Source: Octopus sinensis (Eukaryota). From it: a DNA stretch of 64,000 nt. The DNA lies in assembly GCF_006345805.1 (NCBI RefSeq), contig NC_043000.1:14384001-14448000 (forward strand), in the 5' to 3' direction. Numbering within the stretch: the first letter of the stretch is position 1; each line of letters starts with the position of its first letter. Both the position numbers and the translations under genes were made by a program. The notes below the pieces were generated by a model. That model had not been told where the DNA came from and made no database searches. It worked only from the letters and a program-made list of their open reading frames with translations. Shown one piece after another: positions 13,248-27,691 of this stretch.

Positions 13248-13435
13248 GAATTTAGTAAAAAAAACAAAAGACGAAGACGGGTGTGTAAACAACAAACAGA
13301 TGTATTAGTTTAACGCTCGGGAAGTGAGAAAGTCTTTTACGTTTCGAGCCTACGCTCTTCGACAGAAAGGAACACAGAAATAAACAGGGAGAGAAAATGG
13401 AAAAGGGTTTAGTGGCTAGCGATCTGTCATGGCGA
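13244..13435 (-). mobile_element. Short microsatellite-embedded Penelope-pLTR-like element
   Basis: ~190 bp non-coding, between (TA)n and (CATA)n, contains a minimal hammerhead. Confidence 0.55.
13334..13369 (-). ncRNA. Minimal type I hammerhead, A6U core variant
   Basis: CUUU-CUGUCGA-A-GAGC(GUAG)GCUC-GAAA-CGU-A-AAAG; 4-bp stems I and II, palindromic ACGU stem III. Confidence 0.75.
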
Positions 13436-13476
13436 ATATACATACATACATACATACATACTACATACATACATAC

Positions 13477-15027
<1,551 letters not shown>

Positions 15028-15030
15028 TAT

Positions 15031-15107
<77 letters not shown>

Positions 15108-15108
15108 G

Positions 15109-15144
<36 letters not shown>

Positions 15145-15163
15145 ATATATATATATATATATA

Positions 15164-16207
15164 CTAGCACAGATACCCGGCGTTGTCCGGTTACAATTGA
15201 AGAATTAAACTTTTCTGTTATATTTTCTGAATGAACTGGAATATCTATGTTTCGAATTTCATCAAAATTGCAGATGAGGGTTATTTCCCTCTTTACACAC
15301 CCTAAAAAATTGTAATCGTGCCACATGGAAACCAAAAGACGAATGATCACAATAAGCAGTCAGATACCCTACCCTAGTCGTTACCACTCCCAATGTAGGA
15401 TTCCTCACCATCCAGGTGACAGGCACAGCCGTAAGATGCATTACGAATCTATAGCAATTGGAAGAGCGTGACCCAACTGAAATCAACATTAACAACTGTG
15501 TGACATGAGGGCTTGGGGGAAATTAAAGTGTCACCTCTGGAGTTTGCAAATGACCACTATACTGATACGTAACTGGACAGAATGAATTTAAATCTATAAA
15601 TGTCTTTGAATAACCAGTCACTCATCTGGGAAGGCCTTGTAATCAATGTTACCATCTGGGGACTATGTGTGATCGAGTGATAATAAAAATACTGTAAGGA
15701 GATCTGCAATCAAATAAATTTACTCAACACTTTGCAACTGAATCAGTGGAGACAAAGATGTCTCTCATTTACTTAACAATATATGCACCACATTGCAGAA
15801 ATCACAATGTAAGTGTATGTCAAAGCAAACTGTTACACTGTTGTACCATTGAATTAGAAATAATACCCAACTTTTATGCTCGGGTAACCCTACAGCTTCC
15901 AAGAGCACAACTGTGTTCGTTTTTGCTTAAATAAAATGACAAAATTGTGGATGTTAAGTCCCCATAGAGGGGTCTTTCTAACTTTGTAAGAAGATGAAAT
16001 TTTATAAATATTACTTCATTTGTGTCTAATATCTATGGTTAAAATTTCATCAACAGCAAAAATATATGAATTGTCATGGGGGTTATGGCCCTTATACTTA
16101 GAATATAATTTCCAAATTTCATAAAGATCCATTCAGTACTTTTGACCTAGTTTTGGATCATAAAAGAAATGACTGAAATTTGGGAGTTAAGGCTCCCATT
16201 AGGGTGT

Positions 16208-16210
<3 letters not shown>
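15164..16210 (-). mobile_element. Helitron-like element (~1 kb)
   Basis: a^ctag followed by hairpin cccggcgttgtccgg (15176-15190), same end as 3733-3760; 5' limit obscured by (TA)n. Confidence 0.6.
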
Positions 16211-16281
<71 letters not shown>

Positions 16282-16499
16282 ACAAAGGGTGAAATTAATT
16301 AATTAAGAAGTAATTTCACCAAGTAGAATTCGGCATGAATTGTTTTCAAGTGCTTTGGTTTTTCTGGGAACTCCCTTTAAAGTAGAAGGAATATCTAAGA
16401 TTTTCGACTGCTATTTCTAAACTTCGGTGTGTGGTGAAGCAAATCGTTGCTGAACCCTAATTATATAGTATATATATATAGATATAGATATATATATAT

Positions 16500-16590
<91 letters not shown>

Positions 16591-16852
16591 GATAAATTGA
16601 TAGATACAACTGAGTGGGCAAACAAAAATATGAGACACAACCTAGTGCTTTTTTATGTTGATAAGCCTAGTACTTATTCTATTAGTTTGTTCTTGTGAAA
16701 CCAGTAAGTTTTGTGGATGTAAATAAATGAACAGCAGTTGTGAAGCAGTGATGAGGGCGAAACACAGACACAAAGACACACACATATACTTACATATATA
16801 CATATATATACGATTGATTTGTTTCAGTTCCTGTCTACGAAATCCATATATA

Positions 16853-18365
16853 TTGTTGTTGGCATCCTTTTTGTCTCGGGAGGCAATGGAGTTGTGCGTA
16901 AAATAATCTAGTCCGGCTTTTACATTTCATGTCCTGATACATTTCCTGCTGTGGCTGTGTAGTCCTATCCTGGACAAACACTCCCTCTGGCAGGTGCCGC
17001 AAATGTAGCGAAGACTTTGCCTGTCATAGTTTCTTGTTGACGTCTTTTCTTTCCTTTCCATTTCTCCTCTCCCTCTCTGTCACTCCTTTGTGTTCCCTCT
17101 TTTACGGTACATCGCCAATCTCCACGGTTGCTGGCAACTGCTACCCAGTTGGTAATATTGATGTTGCAGGCATTCATGTCCCTTTTGCAAACGTCCTTGT
17201 ATCGTAAAACGGTCTTCCCACAGACCTAGTGCCCCTAGCAAGCTCTCCGCTGAGTATGTCCTTGGGGATTCTGTCATCTTTCATACGGCTAACATGCCCC
17301 AGCCATCTCATACGTCTTTGTGTGAGGAGTGCAAACATGTTTGGTATTCTTGCTTGCTTGAGGACATCTTTGTTGGGGACATGATTCTGCCATTTGATGC
17401 GAGGGATTTTCCGGAGGCAGCGCAGGTGAAAGATATTTAGGCGACGTATGGCGTCGTATGGCGTGTGTATGGCGTCGTATGGCGTGTGTATGGCGTCCAA
17501 GTCTCACTTCCATACAGTAAAGTGCTAAGTACACATGTCTGGTAAATTTTCATTTTTGTGGTCTTGGTCAGCTTATTGTTGTCCCATGCCCGTTTGGAGA
17601 GTTGGGCCATCGCAGCAGCTGCCTTGCCAATGTGTATATTGAGCTCAGTATCAAGGGATAGGTTGTAGGTGGCGGTAGAGCCAAGATAGGTAAACTTCTC
17701 CACGTCCTGTAATCTGTGGTCTCCAATATGTATGTTTGGGATGGTCGATGTAGCCTGACCCATGATGTTGGTCTTCCTGAGGCTGATAAATAAGCCAAAG
17801 TTGCCACATACTTGCTCAAAACAGTTGATGAGCCTTTGTAGGGCTTCTTCTGTGTGTGATACCAGAGCGGCGTCATCAGCAAATAGCATCTCCTTGATCA
17901 GGACGCTTCTGATTTTGGTCTTGGCACGCAGACGCGAGAGATTGAACAGTTTCCCATCACTTCTACTGTGCAGAAACACTCCATCATCTGATGTCACAAA
18001 GACATGTGACAGCAGCAGCGAGAAGAAGATGCCAAATAATGTAGGAGCAAGGACACAACCTTGCTTTACTCCATTTTTTATTTGGAAGGCGGCTGATGTT
18101 GAACCATTGTGCTGTATGGTGCCTTGCATATCATCATGGAAAGACTTGATGATCCTCAGCAGCTTTGGTGGACATCCGATTTTTTTGAGCAGGATGAAGA
18201 GGCCTTTTCTACTTACCAAGTCAAAGGCCTTTGTCAGATCAATGAAGGCCATATATAATGGCATTTTCTGCTCTCTGGACTTCTCCTGAAGTTGGCGTAT
18301 GAAGAATATCATGTCAATAGTTGAACTGCTTCTTCTAAAACCACACTGCGATTCTGGATAAATTG
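16853..18365 (-). mobile_element. 5'-truncated RTE-BovB-like LINE (RT domain to 3' end), frameshifted
   Basis: ORF 17437-18312 with DLTKAFD…GVKQGCVLAP…LFADD; upstream IYPESQCGFR; C-terminal YICGTCQRECLSRIGLHSH; (CAA)n tail. Confidence 0.95.
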
Positions 18366-18434
18366 TGGATAAATATGTGCCTTAAATGCTCCTTGGATAC
18401 TTCCATGTTGAAAGGGTTTTAATCAAAGCAATTG

Positions 18435-19761
18435 TAGGGTGTCCACGAAGTCTGGGTACATGGAATAAAATCATAACATAAACAAATATAAGAAATTATA
18501 ATTTTCTTTTTTTACTTTTGTTTAAATTAAATAAAAAAAATACTTTACTTTTCTAAATTTATTTGTTATTTTTTCTACAGATGATCGAATGATGGCTCTG
18601 TCTAAAGAAGAAAGAATCCCAGATCGAATGATGGATCTGTCTAAAGAAGAAAGAATCGAGTTAGTATTATTAAGTGGACGATAGGGATGGTATTATCGCA
18701 AAATTGTGGAAGAATTTAATCTTCGACACCCTTATAGGCAACTTATTTTTTTTACTGCCGTCGGGAAATTGATCAAGAAATTTAAAGAAACAGGCAGTGT
18801 TTTGAATAAACCCCGTTCCGAGCGACCAAAGACTTCAAATGAAACGAAAGAGGCTGTCATGGCTAAAGTTTCTGCTAGCCTAAAGAAATCACTTCGTCGG
18901 ACATCCACGGTGTTAGGTGTTCCAAAACCAACCATCCACAAAATGCTGGTTGAGGAAAAGTTTCATCGATACAACCTACAGATATTGCATCACTTAAATG
19001 AAGACGACCCTGATAGACGAATGTAGACGTGCGAATGGTTTTCAGATAAATTGGATGAAACTATCAATTTTACGAAAAACTTTGTTGTTCAGTGACAAAG
19101 CTACGTTTTATGTAAATGGTGAGGTCAACAGACAGAATCTTCTATACTGGTCTCGAGGTAATCCACATTGGATGGATCCATCCAAACAGCAAGGCAGCAA
19201 AAAGGTGATAGTGTGGTGTGGTTTGTGGAAAGCTCATGTTCTAGGACCCTTCTTCATTGAACATGTAACGGATGAGACTTATGTAAACATATTGCGACAA
19301 ATTAATATCTCAAATTGAGCGCCTAGGCGAGGGCCTTCCGAATTGGTTTCAGCAGGATGGGGGCCCCTACCCATTTTGCCACAACTGTTAGAGATTGGCT
19401 TAATGACACTTTTCCTCGCTGGATTGGAAGAAGAGCTCATATGGAAAGGTCCCCTCGTTCACCAGACCTTTCTCCCCTTGATTTCTTTTTCTGGGGTATG
19501 TTGAAAGAGAAAGATTACAATAAAGATTACAGGTTTAAAACACATGAGAGAACGCATTACCAGTCAGTGTGCTGAAATTGATAGCAATGTAGACTATTTA
19601 ATCAAGTTCACCTGAATTTTGCAAGGCGCATCAAGTTATGCATTGAAAAATGATGGAAATCACTTTGAAAATTTTATTTGTTAACATTATAATTAAATAA
19701 AATTGGTTTGTTTTAAAAGTATGTGTTAATCCCCATGTACGCAGACTTTGTGGACACCCTC
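18435..19761 (+). mobile_element. Decayed DD41D-like (rosa/Visitor-type) Tc1/mariner transposon
   Basis: ~27-bp TIRs agggtgtccac.aagtctg.gtacatgg; ORF pieces FSDKATFYVNGEVNRQN and DGAPTH…RSPDLSPLD (40 aa between the last two D by hand count). Confidence 0.9.
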
Positions 19762-20334
19762 TATTATTTTGTAAAACAATACTGAATTAGTTTAAACGTA
19801 CACAAATGCATAAAAATAATTTTTAATTGAATTAGACATTTGAAAATACTATTAAATTTCATTCAAATCTAAAAGAAGGTAAAATTGGACAGAACTGATT
19901 GGATGACTTGATATATATAATCTATGCTATTCTAGTAGGTTTCAAGTTTATAACACCTTGATATCTCATGTTATCTCATTTTATATGCCTAAGACGTTTA
20001 TTTTCTATTCTGGTTTTTATATATTTCTATACATTATATCTGTATCTATTTATTTTAAGTCGAAACACTATACGATCCGTGTACAAACGAAAGAACAAGA
20101 CTGTCCTCTGGAACTTTTATCTTCCACCGGTGTTTGTAATCGATGGTGACATGTGCGATGATTTGGCGACTATCTTATATTTTAAAGAGAAATTGGAAGC
20201 CCCGAATGTCAGCCACCACTTTATGCATAATACAATATTTATAGTTCTCTATTTCTAACTCAAATTCTGTCCTCAATAATTATAGATCTCTATTTCTAAA
20301 TGTAATTATTTTTCTTCTCGTTCAGTTTATTATA

Positions 20335-20640
20335 ATAACACGCATTCTTGTCTGTCTCTTGACAAAGCTTTTTTTCTCCAGCGTTCACCACTTCACCTCG
20401 TTAGGGTTAAACAGCCCTTACCGAAAGTTTTCACTGTCCTGTTTTTGTTAGCAGCTTTGATGTTCCACGTATCACAAATTTTATTTAATTTGCTTTCGGG
20501 GAGCAATTGCTTTGACGAAGACGCATCATGTTGCACTGCTCGCAATGCGGAATAGGTAAATCTACCAACAATTGAGGAAGGGTTGTTTTTTTTTATGCTG
20601 CCTTCGCGCTATAGTTCTCAATATATAATGAAAATTCTCT
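20335..20640 (+). mobile_element. Old dispersed repeat, related copy at 27940-28300; possibly a decayed Penelope pLTR
   Basis: Shared blocks ttaa.cagccctta, cactgtcctgtt.ttgtta, tatttaatttgcttt. Confidence 0.45.
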
Positions 20641-20653
20641 CAACCCAACCCAA

Positions 20654-20880
20654 CCCAGAGCGAGCTCTGGTCGCCATAGCGTCGACAGTGGGCCTGTGGC
20701 TGTGTACAGTCGCCTCAATGTCGCCCAGAGCGAGCTCTGGTCGTCATAGCGTCGACTGTGGGCCTGTGGCTGTGTACAGTCGCCTCAATGTCGCCCAGAG
20801 CGAGCTCTGGTCGTCATAGCGTCGACTGTAAGCCTGTGGCTGTGTACAGTCGCCTCAATGTCGCCCAGAGCGAGCTCTGG
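20654..20880. repeat. GC-rich 70-bp minisatellite, ~3.25 units, two hairpins per unit
   Basis: Unit starts at 20654, 20724, 20794, 20864. Confidence 0.95.
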
Positions 20881-20884
20881 CTGG

Positions 20885-20990
20885 TATGACGCTATAGCAG
20901 AAGACACATGCCAAGTTACCACACAGTAGGACTGAATTGAGAACCAAGTGTTTTGGAACCAAGTTTGTTACCACACAGCCACACCTAAAC
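20885..20990 (-). mobile_element. SINE-C 5' portion, diverged
   Basis: gctatagcagaagacac.tgcc…cacacagccac. Confidence 0.75.
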
Positions 20991-21555
20991 CTGTGTGCGT
21001 GTGTGTTCTGTATCGGTATGAGTGTATGGGTGTATATATGTATGCAAGTATATATGTGTATATTATATATATGTGTGTGTACATATTACATGTACATCTA
21101 TATATACATCTAGATATACATGTTTACATATACATGTATAACAGACTGGAAATGTAGCCCCGTCTCTAGCAATTTCGATCAATTGGATCTTGTCCTCCCT
21201 TTTGTATAGAAGTGTACGGCTGCAGCGAAATTCATTTTTTGGGCTTTCTTCTATCGAAGGCATTTTAACAAAAATTCTTCCGTAAAGACGGTGAAAATAT
21301 TGTCAATTTCCCCAAACAGGGACACGATTCAATTTTTAAACAATAACCAAAGCCCCTTCTCCGAAAGGGGAAGGGTTAAGGTTTACAATTATTTAACAAA
21401 TGCAACACAACAACGTTTCCCTGACGAGGAACCAACAAATGTGATTACAATAGTCAAACAGTAATAATAACAACAAACCTTTTTAATTTATCCCCATTTA
21501 TGTGAAACCACTTATTCAAGTTCAAGTCATTGATGCAATTTTATACGAATTGCTA

Positions 21556-21596
<41 letters not shown>

Positions 21597-21839
21597 ATAA
21601 GGGTGAAAAATTGAATATTAATTTGATTAATATGAATTGAAAACCAGTGGTGTAGGATATAAGACCATAGCGGATCTTCTTCTTGCAAAATGGATGACCA
21701 CTGTTAATGGTTCATCCCAGTTATATAATACTTTCACTTTAATAGTTTCAGTATTAAAGTGAATGTCTGCATTACAATAGAGAGATGTTTTTGTTTCACT
21801 TTTAACACGTAATACTGAAATAGTGGAGAAGATATAATA

Positions 21840-21995
21840 TTGCTGTGGGGTCGCCCTAGGGAAAAAGTTAAAATTTTTTGCCGATGACACTCCCAGGACC
21901 TTAAGTAAGGCATGTGTAAAACCTGAATGAAATTGGTTGTGTAGTTCTCAAGTTTTAGGGAAACACACAGACAGACATTCTCAGTTTTTTATATA
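21840..21995 (-). mobile_element. Helitron-like 5' terminus
   Basis: …acacagacagacattctcagtttttta(ta)n, same end style as 36230-36262. Confidence 0.45.
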
Positions 21996-22174
21996 TATAT
22001 ATATTCTTGCATACATACATATATATATCTATATATGTAGATATCTATATATCTATATCTATATATATATGTGTGTGTGTGTTTGTATATATATATATAT
22101 ATTCTTGTATACATACATATATATATATATAATATATATATATATTATATATATATATTATATATATATATCTG

Positions 22175-22209
<35 letters not shown>

Positions 22210-22231
22210 GTATATATATGTGTATATATAT

Positions 22232-22285
<54 letters not shown>

Positions 22286-22288
<3 letters not shown>

Positions 22289-22449
22289 TCGCGGAGTGGT
22301 TGGCGTTAGGAAGGGCATCCAGCCGTAGAAACACTGCCAGATCTGACTGGGCCTGACGAAGCCTTCCAGCTTCACAGACTCCAGTTGACCCGTCCAACCC
22401 ATGCTAGCATGGAAAACGGACGCTAAACGATGATGATGATGATGATGAT
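22286..22449 (+). mobile_element. Retroposon 3' fragment with (GAT)n tail (RTE-type tail)
   Basis: ggcgttaggaagggcatccagccg…catggaaaacggacgctaaac(gat)n. Confidence 0.65.
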
Positions 22450-22452
22450 ATA

Positions 22453-24079
22453 CAGTGGCGGCCAAAATGTTCAGAACGGCATTGTTTTCGTCAGAAAAGT
22501 AAGTATAAGTTTTTATCAAAGTTGTTTTATATTCTATAATTTTCACAGACAATAAATACAATATAATTTGTTATTGCCTGAGATTTTGGTGTAATTTGAG
22601 AGGATAATACAAAAGTTATAGGTGATTTAGTGATTTACTGCAAAACCCATGGCGGCCAAAATGATCAGAACGGTTGCTTTTACTCCGTGTTTTAGTATAT
22701 TTAACCGGTGAACTCTAATGTTTTGAATTTGCTTACGTGACGGTTCGTTTACTAAACATTAGTAAGAATATTTGCAGTGTACTTTGTTAATATAATGCCA
22801 CTTACTCCGTTACCAATTCGTCAGCAGATTATTAAGCTTCGAAGGAAGGATAATTTAAGTATTGGATCTATTGCAAAGGTTGTTAACAAGTCAAAAAGTG
22901 TTGTACACGGTATTCTTAAGGTCTACGATGATTATGGTTCGTGTGAAGCAAGAAAGTTTACAGGTAGGCCAAGAAAAACGACCAAGAGAGAAGATCGTGC
23001 TATGGTAAAGTTGGTTAAAAAGGACAGATTTAAACCTGCTGCTGCTGTTTCTCGGAAAATGAGCATTGTATTGAAGAAAACTTTATCTCGAAAAACTGTG
23101 TCTCGTCGTTTAGTTGAACATGACCTACAAGCAAGAGCACCTGCAGTGATGCCACTGATAAGCTCCAAGAATAAAAAGTGTCGTCTTACCTTTGCAACCG
23201 AACATGTGTTGTGGTCTCAAGAAAAATGGCAAACGGTGCATTTCAGTGATGAATCTAAGTTTATGTTATTTGGCTCAGATGGGAAAAGGTACGTTCGTTG
23301 AAAAGTAGATGAAAAATTGTCGCCTAAATGCCTTAAGACTAGTGTTAAATTCGGTGGAGGAAGTCTCATGGTTTGGGGGATGATATCTGGAGATGGTGTG
23401 GGCCCTTTGGTGAGATTACATGGAAAGGTAAATGCAGGAGTTTATAAACAACTTGTAAAAGATCATGTCTTGCCTGTGCTGAGAAATTCAACTAAGTGAC
23501 CACCCATATTTATGCAGGACAATGCCCCATATCACAAGGCTAAGGTGCTCATGAACTTCCCCAAGGCTGAAAAGGTTATTGTTATGGATTGGCCTGCTCA
23601 AAACCCAGATCTCAATCCTATTGAAAATGTATGGAATATTCTAGGAGAACGTCCGATAGCCAGAAATCCTAAAACAACTGAGCAATTATGGAATGCCCTT
23701 CAGGAAGAATGGAATAAGATCACCCAGCAAGAAATTGAAAATTTAATTTCCTCATGCAGTCGAAGATGTCAGAGTGTGATTGAAGCTAAAGGGCTTCACA
23801 CTAAATATTAAATAATTCCAGTATTCTCTGTCATTTTTGATTATTTTGTTATCTTTTCAACCGTTCTGATCATTTTGGCCGCCATGGGTTTTGCAGTAAA
23901 TCACTAAATCATCCATAACTTTTTGTATTATCCTCTCGAATTACACCAAAATCTCAGACAATAACAATTAATATTGTATTTATTGTCTGTGAAAATTATA
24001 GAATATAAAACTACTTTGATAAAAACTTATACTTACTTTTCTGACGAAAACAATGCCGTTCTGAACATTTTGGCCGCAA

Positions 24080-24082
<3 letters not shown>
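22453..24082 (+). mobile_element. Full-length Tc1 (DD34E) transposon with ~224-bp IR/DR ends
   Basis: TA on both sides; TIRs 22453-22676 / 23858-24082, each with an inner direct repeat ggcggccaaaatg.tcagaacgg. Confidence 0.97.
22777..23811 (+). pseudogene. Tc1 transposase, one frame broken by two in-frame TGA stops (23299, 23497)
   Basis: ORFs 22777, 23317 and 23512 are co-framed; FSDESKF, QDNAPYH…PDLNPIE with 34 residues from D to E. Confidence 0.95.
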
Positions 24083-24150
<68 letters not shown>

Positions 24151-24214
24151 GTGTGTGTGCATATGTGTATTATGTGGGGTGTATGTATTGTATGTATATG
24201 TATGTATATATAAA

Positions 24215-24583
24215 CAGGGTGATTCAAATGTTTCCATACATAGGAAAAATTTATTTTTATATAAGAAACAGTTTATAAGACCTCCTAAATTCCCTGATCT
24301 GATCCCTCTTGATTTCTATTTTGGGGGCATTTGAAAGGCATGGTGTATCGCTGAAAGATAAAAGACATAAATCATTTGAAGGAACGCATCACCAACACAT
24401 TTACACACGTATCACCAGATGTGCTGTTACGAGTTCACAATGAGTTCGGTAAACGTATTGCAATGTGTGTTCAAAACAACGGTAACCATATAGAGCCTGT
24501 TAAAAAAAAAACTGCTCTTATAAACTGTTTCTTATAAAAAAAAGTAAATTGTTCCTATGTATTGCCACTTTTGAATCACCCTG
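24215..24583 (+). mobile_element. MITE-like deletion derivative of a Tc1/mariner element
   Basis: TIRs cagggtgattcaaa / tttgaatcaccctg extending ~70 bp imperfectly; interior encodes PDLIPLDFYF…HLKGMVY…NNGNHIE. Confidence 0.88.
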
Positions 24584-24615
<32 letters not shown>

Positions 24616-25038
24616 CTCTTTTACTCTTTTACTTGTTTCAGTCATTTTGACTGCGGCCATGCTGGAGCACCGCCTTTAATCGAGCAACTCGACCCCGGAA
24701 CTTATTCTTTGTAAGCCCAGTACTTATTCTATCGGTCTCTTTTTGCCGAACCGCTAAGTGACGGGGACATAAACACACCAGCATCGGGGGACAAACACAG
24801 ACACACAAACACACACACACACACATATATTATTATATATATATACGACAGGCTTCTTTCAGTTTCCGTCTACCAAATCCACTCACAAGGCATTGGTCGG
24901 CCCGGGGCTATAGCAGAAGACACTTGCCCAAGATGCCCTATAGCAGAAGACACTTGCCCAAGATGCCACGCAGTAGGACTGAACCCGGAACCATGTGGTT
25001 TGTTAGCAAGCTACTTACCACACAGCCACTCCTGCGCC
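24616..25038 (-). mobile_element. SINE-C (tRNA head + CORE-like domain + internal microsatellite + tail), full length
   Basis: Head ggcgcaggagtggctgtgtggtaag, B-box ggttcagtcc, CORE-like ggcatcttgggcaagtgtcttc; local 23-bp duplication at ~24910-24960. Confidence 0.92.
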
Positions 25039-25086
<48 letters not shown>

Positions 25087-25336
25087 TGCAGACATATATA
25101 AACCCATGATATTGTTATTTATTTACTACAATTACAAGCGACTGTCACCCTATCTTACACGTTTCTCATCTGGTATGCTATTACTCTAAGTAGTTCCGGG
25201 TAAATTGCTTGAGATAACTTCATGCAAACAGAAATACAAAAGAGAATTTGTTTACAAATACTCAAAAACACTCCTATCTTTATTTCAATATGTTACATAC
25301 ACCCATATTGATAATCATTAACTCACATTTAAGATT

Positions 25337-25372
<36 letters not shown>

Positions 25373-25970
25373 GCAACATACACACCCACGCATACATACA
25401 TACATACATACATACATACATACATACATACATACATGCACGCATACATACATACATACATACATACATACATACATACATACATACATACATACATACA
25501 TACATACATACATACGCCCACTCACGGATGTGTATTTTCAAAATTTATCTCTGAGTGTGTCAGAGAAGGTGTGGGAGAAATACTCATGTCCTTTCGATCC
25601 CTTCTCTGTTACTTGTGAATCGATCTGGTTCCTCTGTGGATCGATACCTGCTAGAGAAACATTAGCTAAGGGAGAAATGCAGTTCTACTGAGAACGAATT
25701 AAATAAAAGTTTGGTCCCTTGGTGGTAATGGTGGAGAGGATGACCTCGAAGAAGTGACGTCGATGTATCGAGTGTACTTCGTTGCAGTTTCAAGAAATAT
25801 TTCCGCCTTAATCACTTTCTGCTCCTTTACAAAACTGAAATAAGGACCACGCTGGAGCATTGCCTCCATAAATAAAACCATGCATCTATCACGAGGAGAA
25901 ACATTCCAGATCGAATCGAAAAGAAAGCTATTAAGATGAATATGGCGTCTTCATCATTCAAGGGTGATCA

Positions 25971-26356
25971 AGGTGGAGGCGCAATGGCCCAGTGGTTAGG
26001 GCAGCGGACTCGCGGTCGTAGGATCGCGGTTTCGATTCCCAGACCGGGCGTTGTGAGTGTTTATTGAGCGAAAACACCTAAAAGCTCCACGAGGCTCCGG
26101 CAGGGGATGGTGGTGATCCCTGCTGTACTCTTTCACCACAACTTTCTCTCACTCTTACTTCCTGTTTCTGTTGTACCTGTATTTCAAAGGGCCGGCCTTG
26201 TCACTCTCTGTGTCACGCTGAATATCCCCGAGAACTACGTTAAGGGTACACGCGTCTGTGGAGTGCTCAGCCACTTACACGTTAATTTCACGAGCAGGCT
26301 GTTCCGTTGATTCGGATCAACCGGAACCCTCGTCGTCGTAACCGACGGAGTGCTTC
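25971..26356 (+). mobile_element. SINE-A, full length
   Basis: A-box tggcccagtgg, B-box-like ttcgattcc; 12-bp TSD caagggtgatca (25959-25970 / 26357-26368). Confidence 0.96.
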
Positions 26357-26787
26357 CAAGGGTGATCATACATCTGCGCATGCGTGCGTAGGTCTGGAGA
26401 AAATTGTGTTTTTTTCTTTTTCGTTTTAGGAAGATTGTCTGTGCATGCAAGTCGTCCATCTTCACGCCTCCGATTTTTTATCCAAGGGATAAAAGATGTC
26501 GATTTAGGCCGACACATCTTGTCAGATTCGTCGTTGGCCTTTCTGTGAAACCAGAATAGATACGCAAAACACTTCACCCGACTCCCTCACGGTACTCCCT
26601 CAACTCCCGCACCCCCACCCCCAACTCACCATTGGATTATTACTTTTTTATCGACCCCCAAAGGATGGAAGAGAAAGTCAACTTCAGTGGCATTTGAACT
26701 CAGAGTGCAGAGAACTGGTTCAAATACTTCGGACCATTCTATATAAGATTTAGATCATGAAGGCGGTGAGTTGGCAGAATCATTAAT

Positions 26788-27173
26788 GGTGGTGGAAGCA
26801 CTCCGTCGGTTACGACGATGAGGGTTCCGGTTGATCCGATCAACGGCACAGCCTGCTCGTGAAATTAACGTGTAAGTGGCTGAGCACTCCACAGACACGT
26901 GTACCCTTAACGTAGTTTTCGGGGATATTCAGCGTGACACAGAGAGTGACAAGGCCGGCCCTTTGAAATACAGGTACAACAGAAACAGGAAGTAAGAGTG
27001 AGAGAAAGTTGTGGTGAAAGAGTACAGCAGGGATCACCACCATCCCCTGCCGGAGCCTCGTGGAGCTTTAGGTGTTTTCGCTCAATAAACACTCACAACA
27101 CCCGGTCTGGGAATCGAAACCGTGATCCTACGACCGCGGGTCCGCTGCCCTAACCACTGGGCCATTGCGCCTC
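26788..27173 (-). mobile_element. SINE-A inserted into the head of a SINE-B (26760-27330)
   Basis: 13-bp TSD cagaatcattaat (26775-26787 / 27174-27186) splits the SINE-B head. Confidence 0.95.
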
Positions 27174-27585
27174 CAGAATCATTAATACGCCGGGCTTAGC
27201 TGCATTTTCTTCGTCTTTCATTTCTGAGTTCAAATTCCGCCGTTGTCGACTTTGCCTTTTATCCATTCAGAGTCAATGAGACGAGTACCAATTAAACACT
27301 AGGGTCGATGTAATTGACTAACAGCATCCTATCAGATTTCGGCCCTTCTGTCTATAGTATAAAGGATAATTTAGACAAGGTACCTTTTACTTGTTTCAGT
27401 CATTTAGATTGCGGTCATGCTGGGGTACCGCCTGGAACAATTTTTAGTCGTCTGTTTTTAAACCTGGTACTTATTCTGTCTCTCTGTTGCCGCACCTCTA
27501 ATTTACGGGGATGTAAACACACCAACACCGGTTGTCAAGCGCTGGTGGATGACAGGAGACAAGCACGCACAGAGACATATACATT

Positions 27586-27616
<31 letters not shown>

Positions 27617-27636
27617 TTATACACACACACACACAC

Positions 27637-27691
<55 letters not shown>

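Noticed and set aside
20654-20880. CRISPR array or hammerhead in the 70-bp repeat
   Set aside because: No variable spacers; no GAAA after the stem
25974-26050. tRNA-Arg-like gene (and the same at every SINE-A head)
   Set aside because: A/B boxes are present but the sequence continues into a SINE body with TSDs and has no proper acceptor stem
26107-26310. Recurrent 65-67-aa ORF MVVIPAVLFHHNF…
   Set aside because: Incidental frame within SINE-A copies
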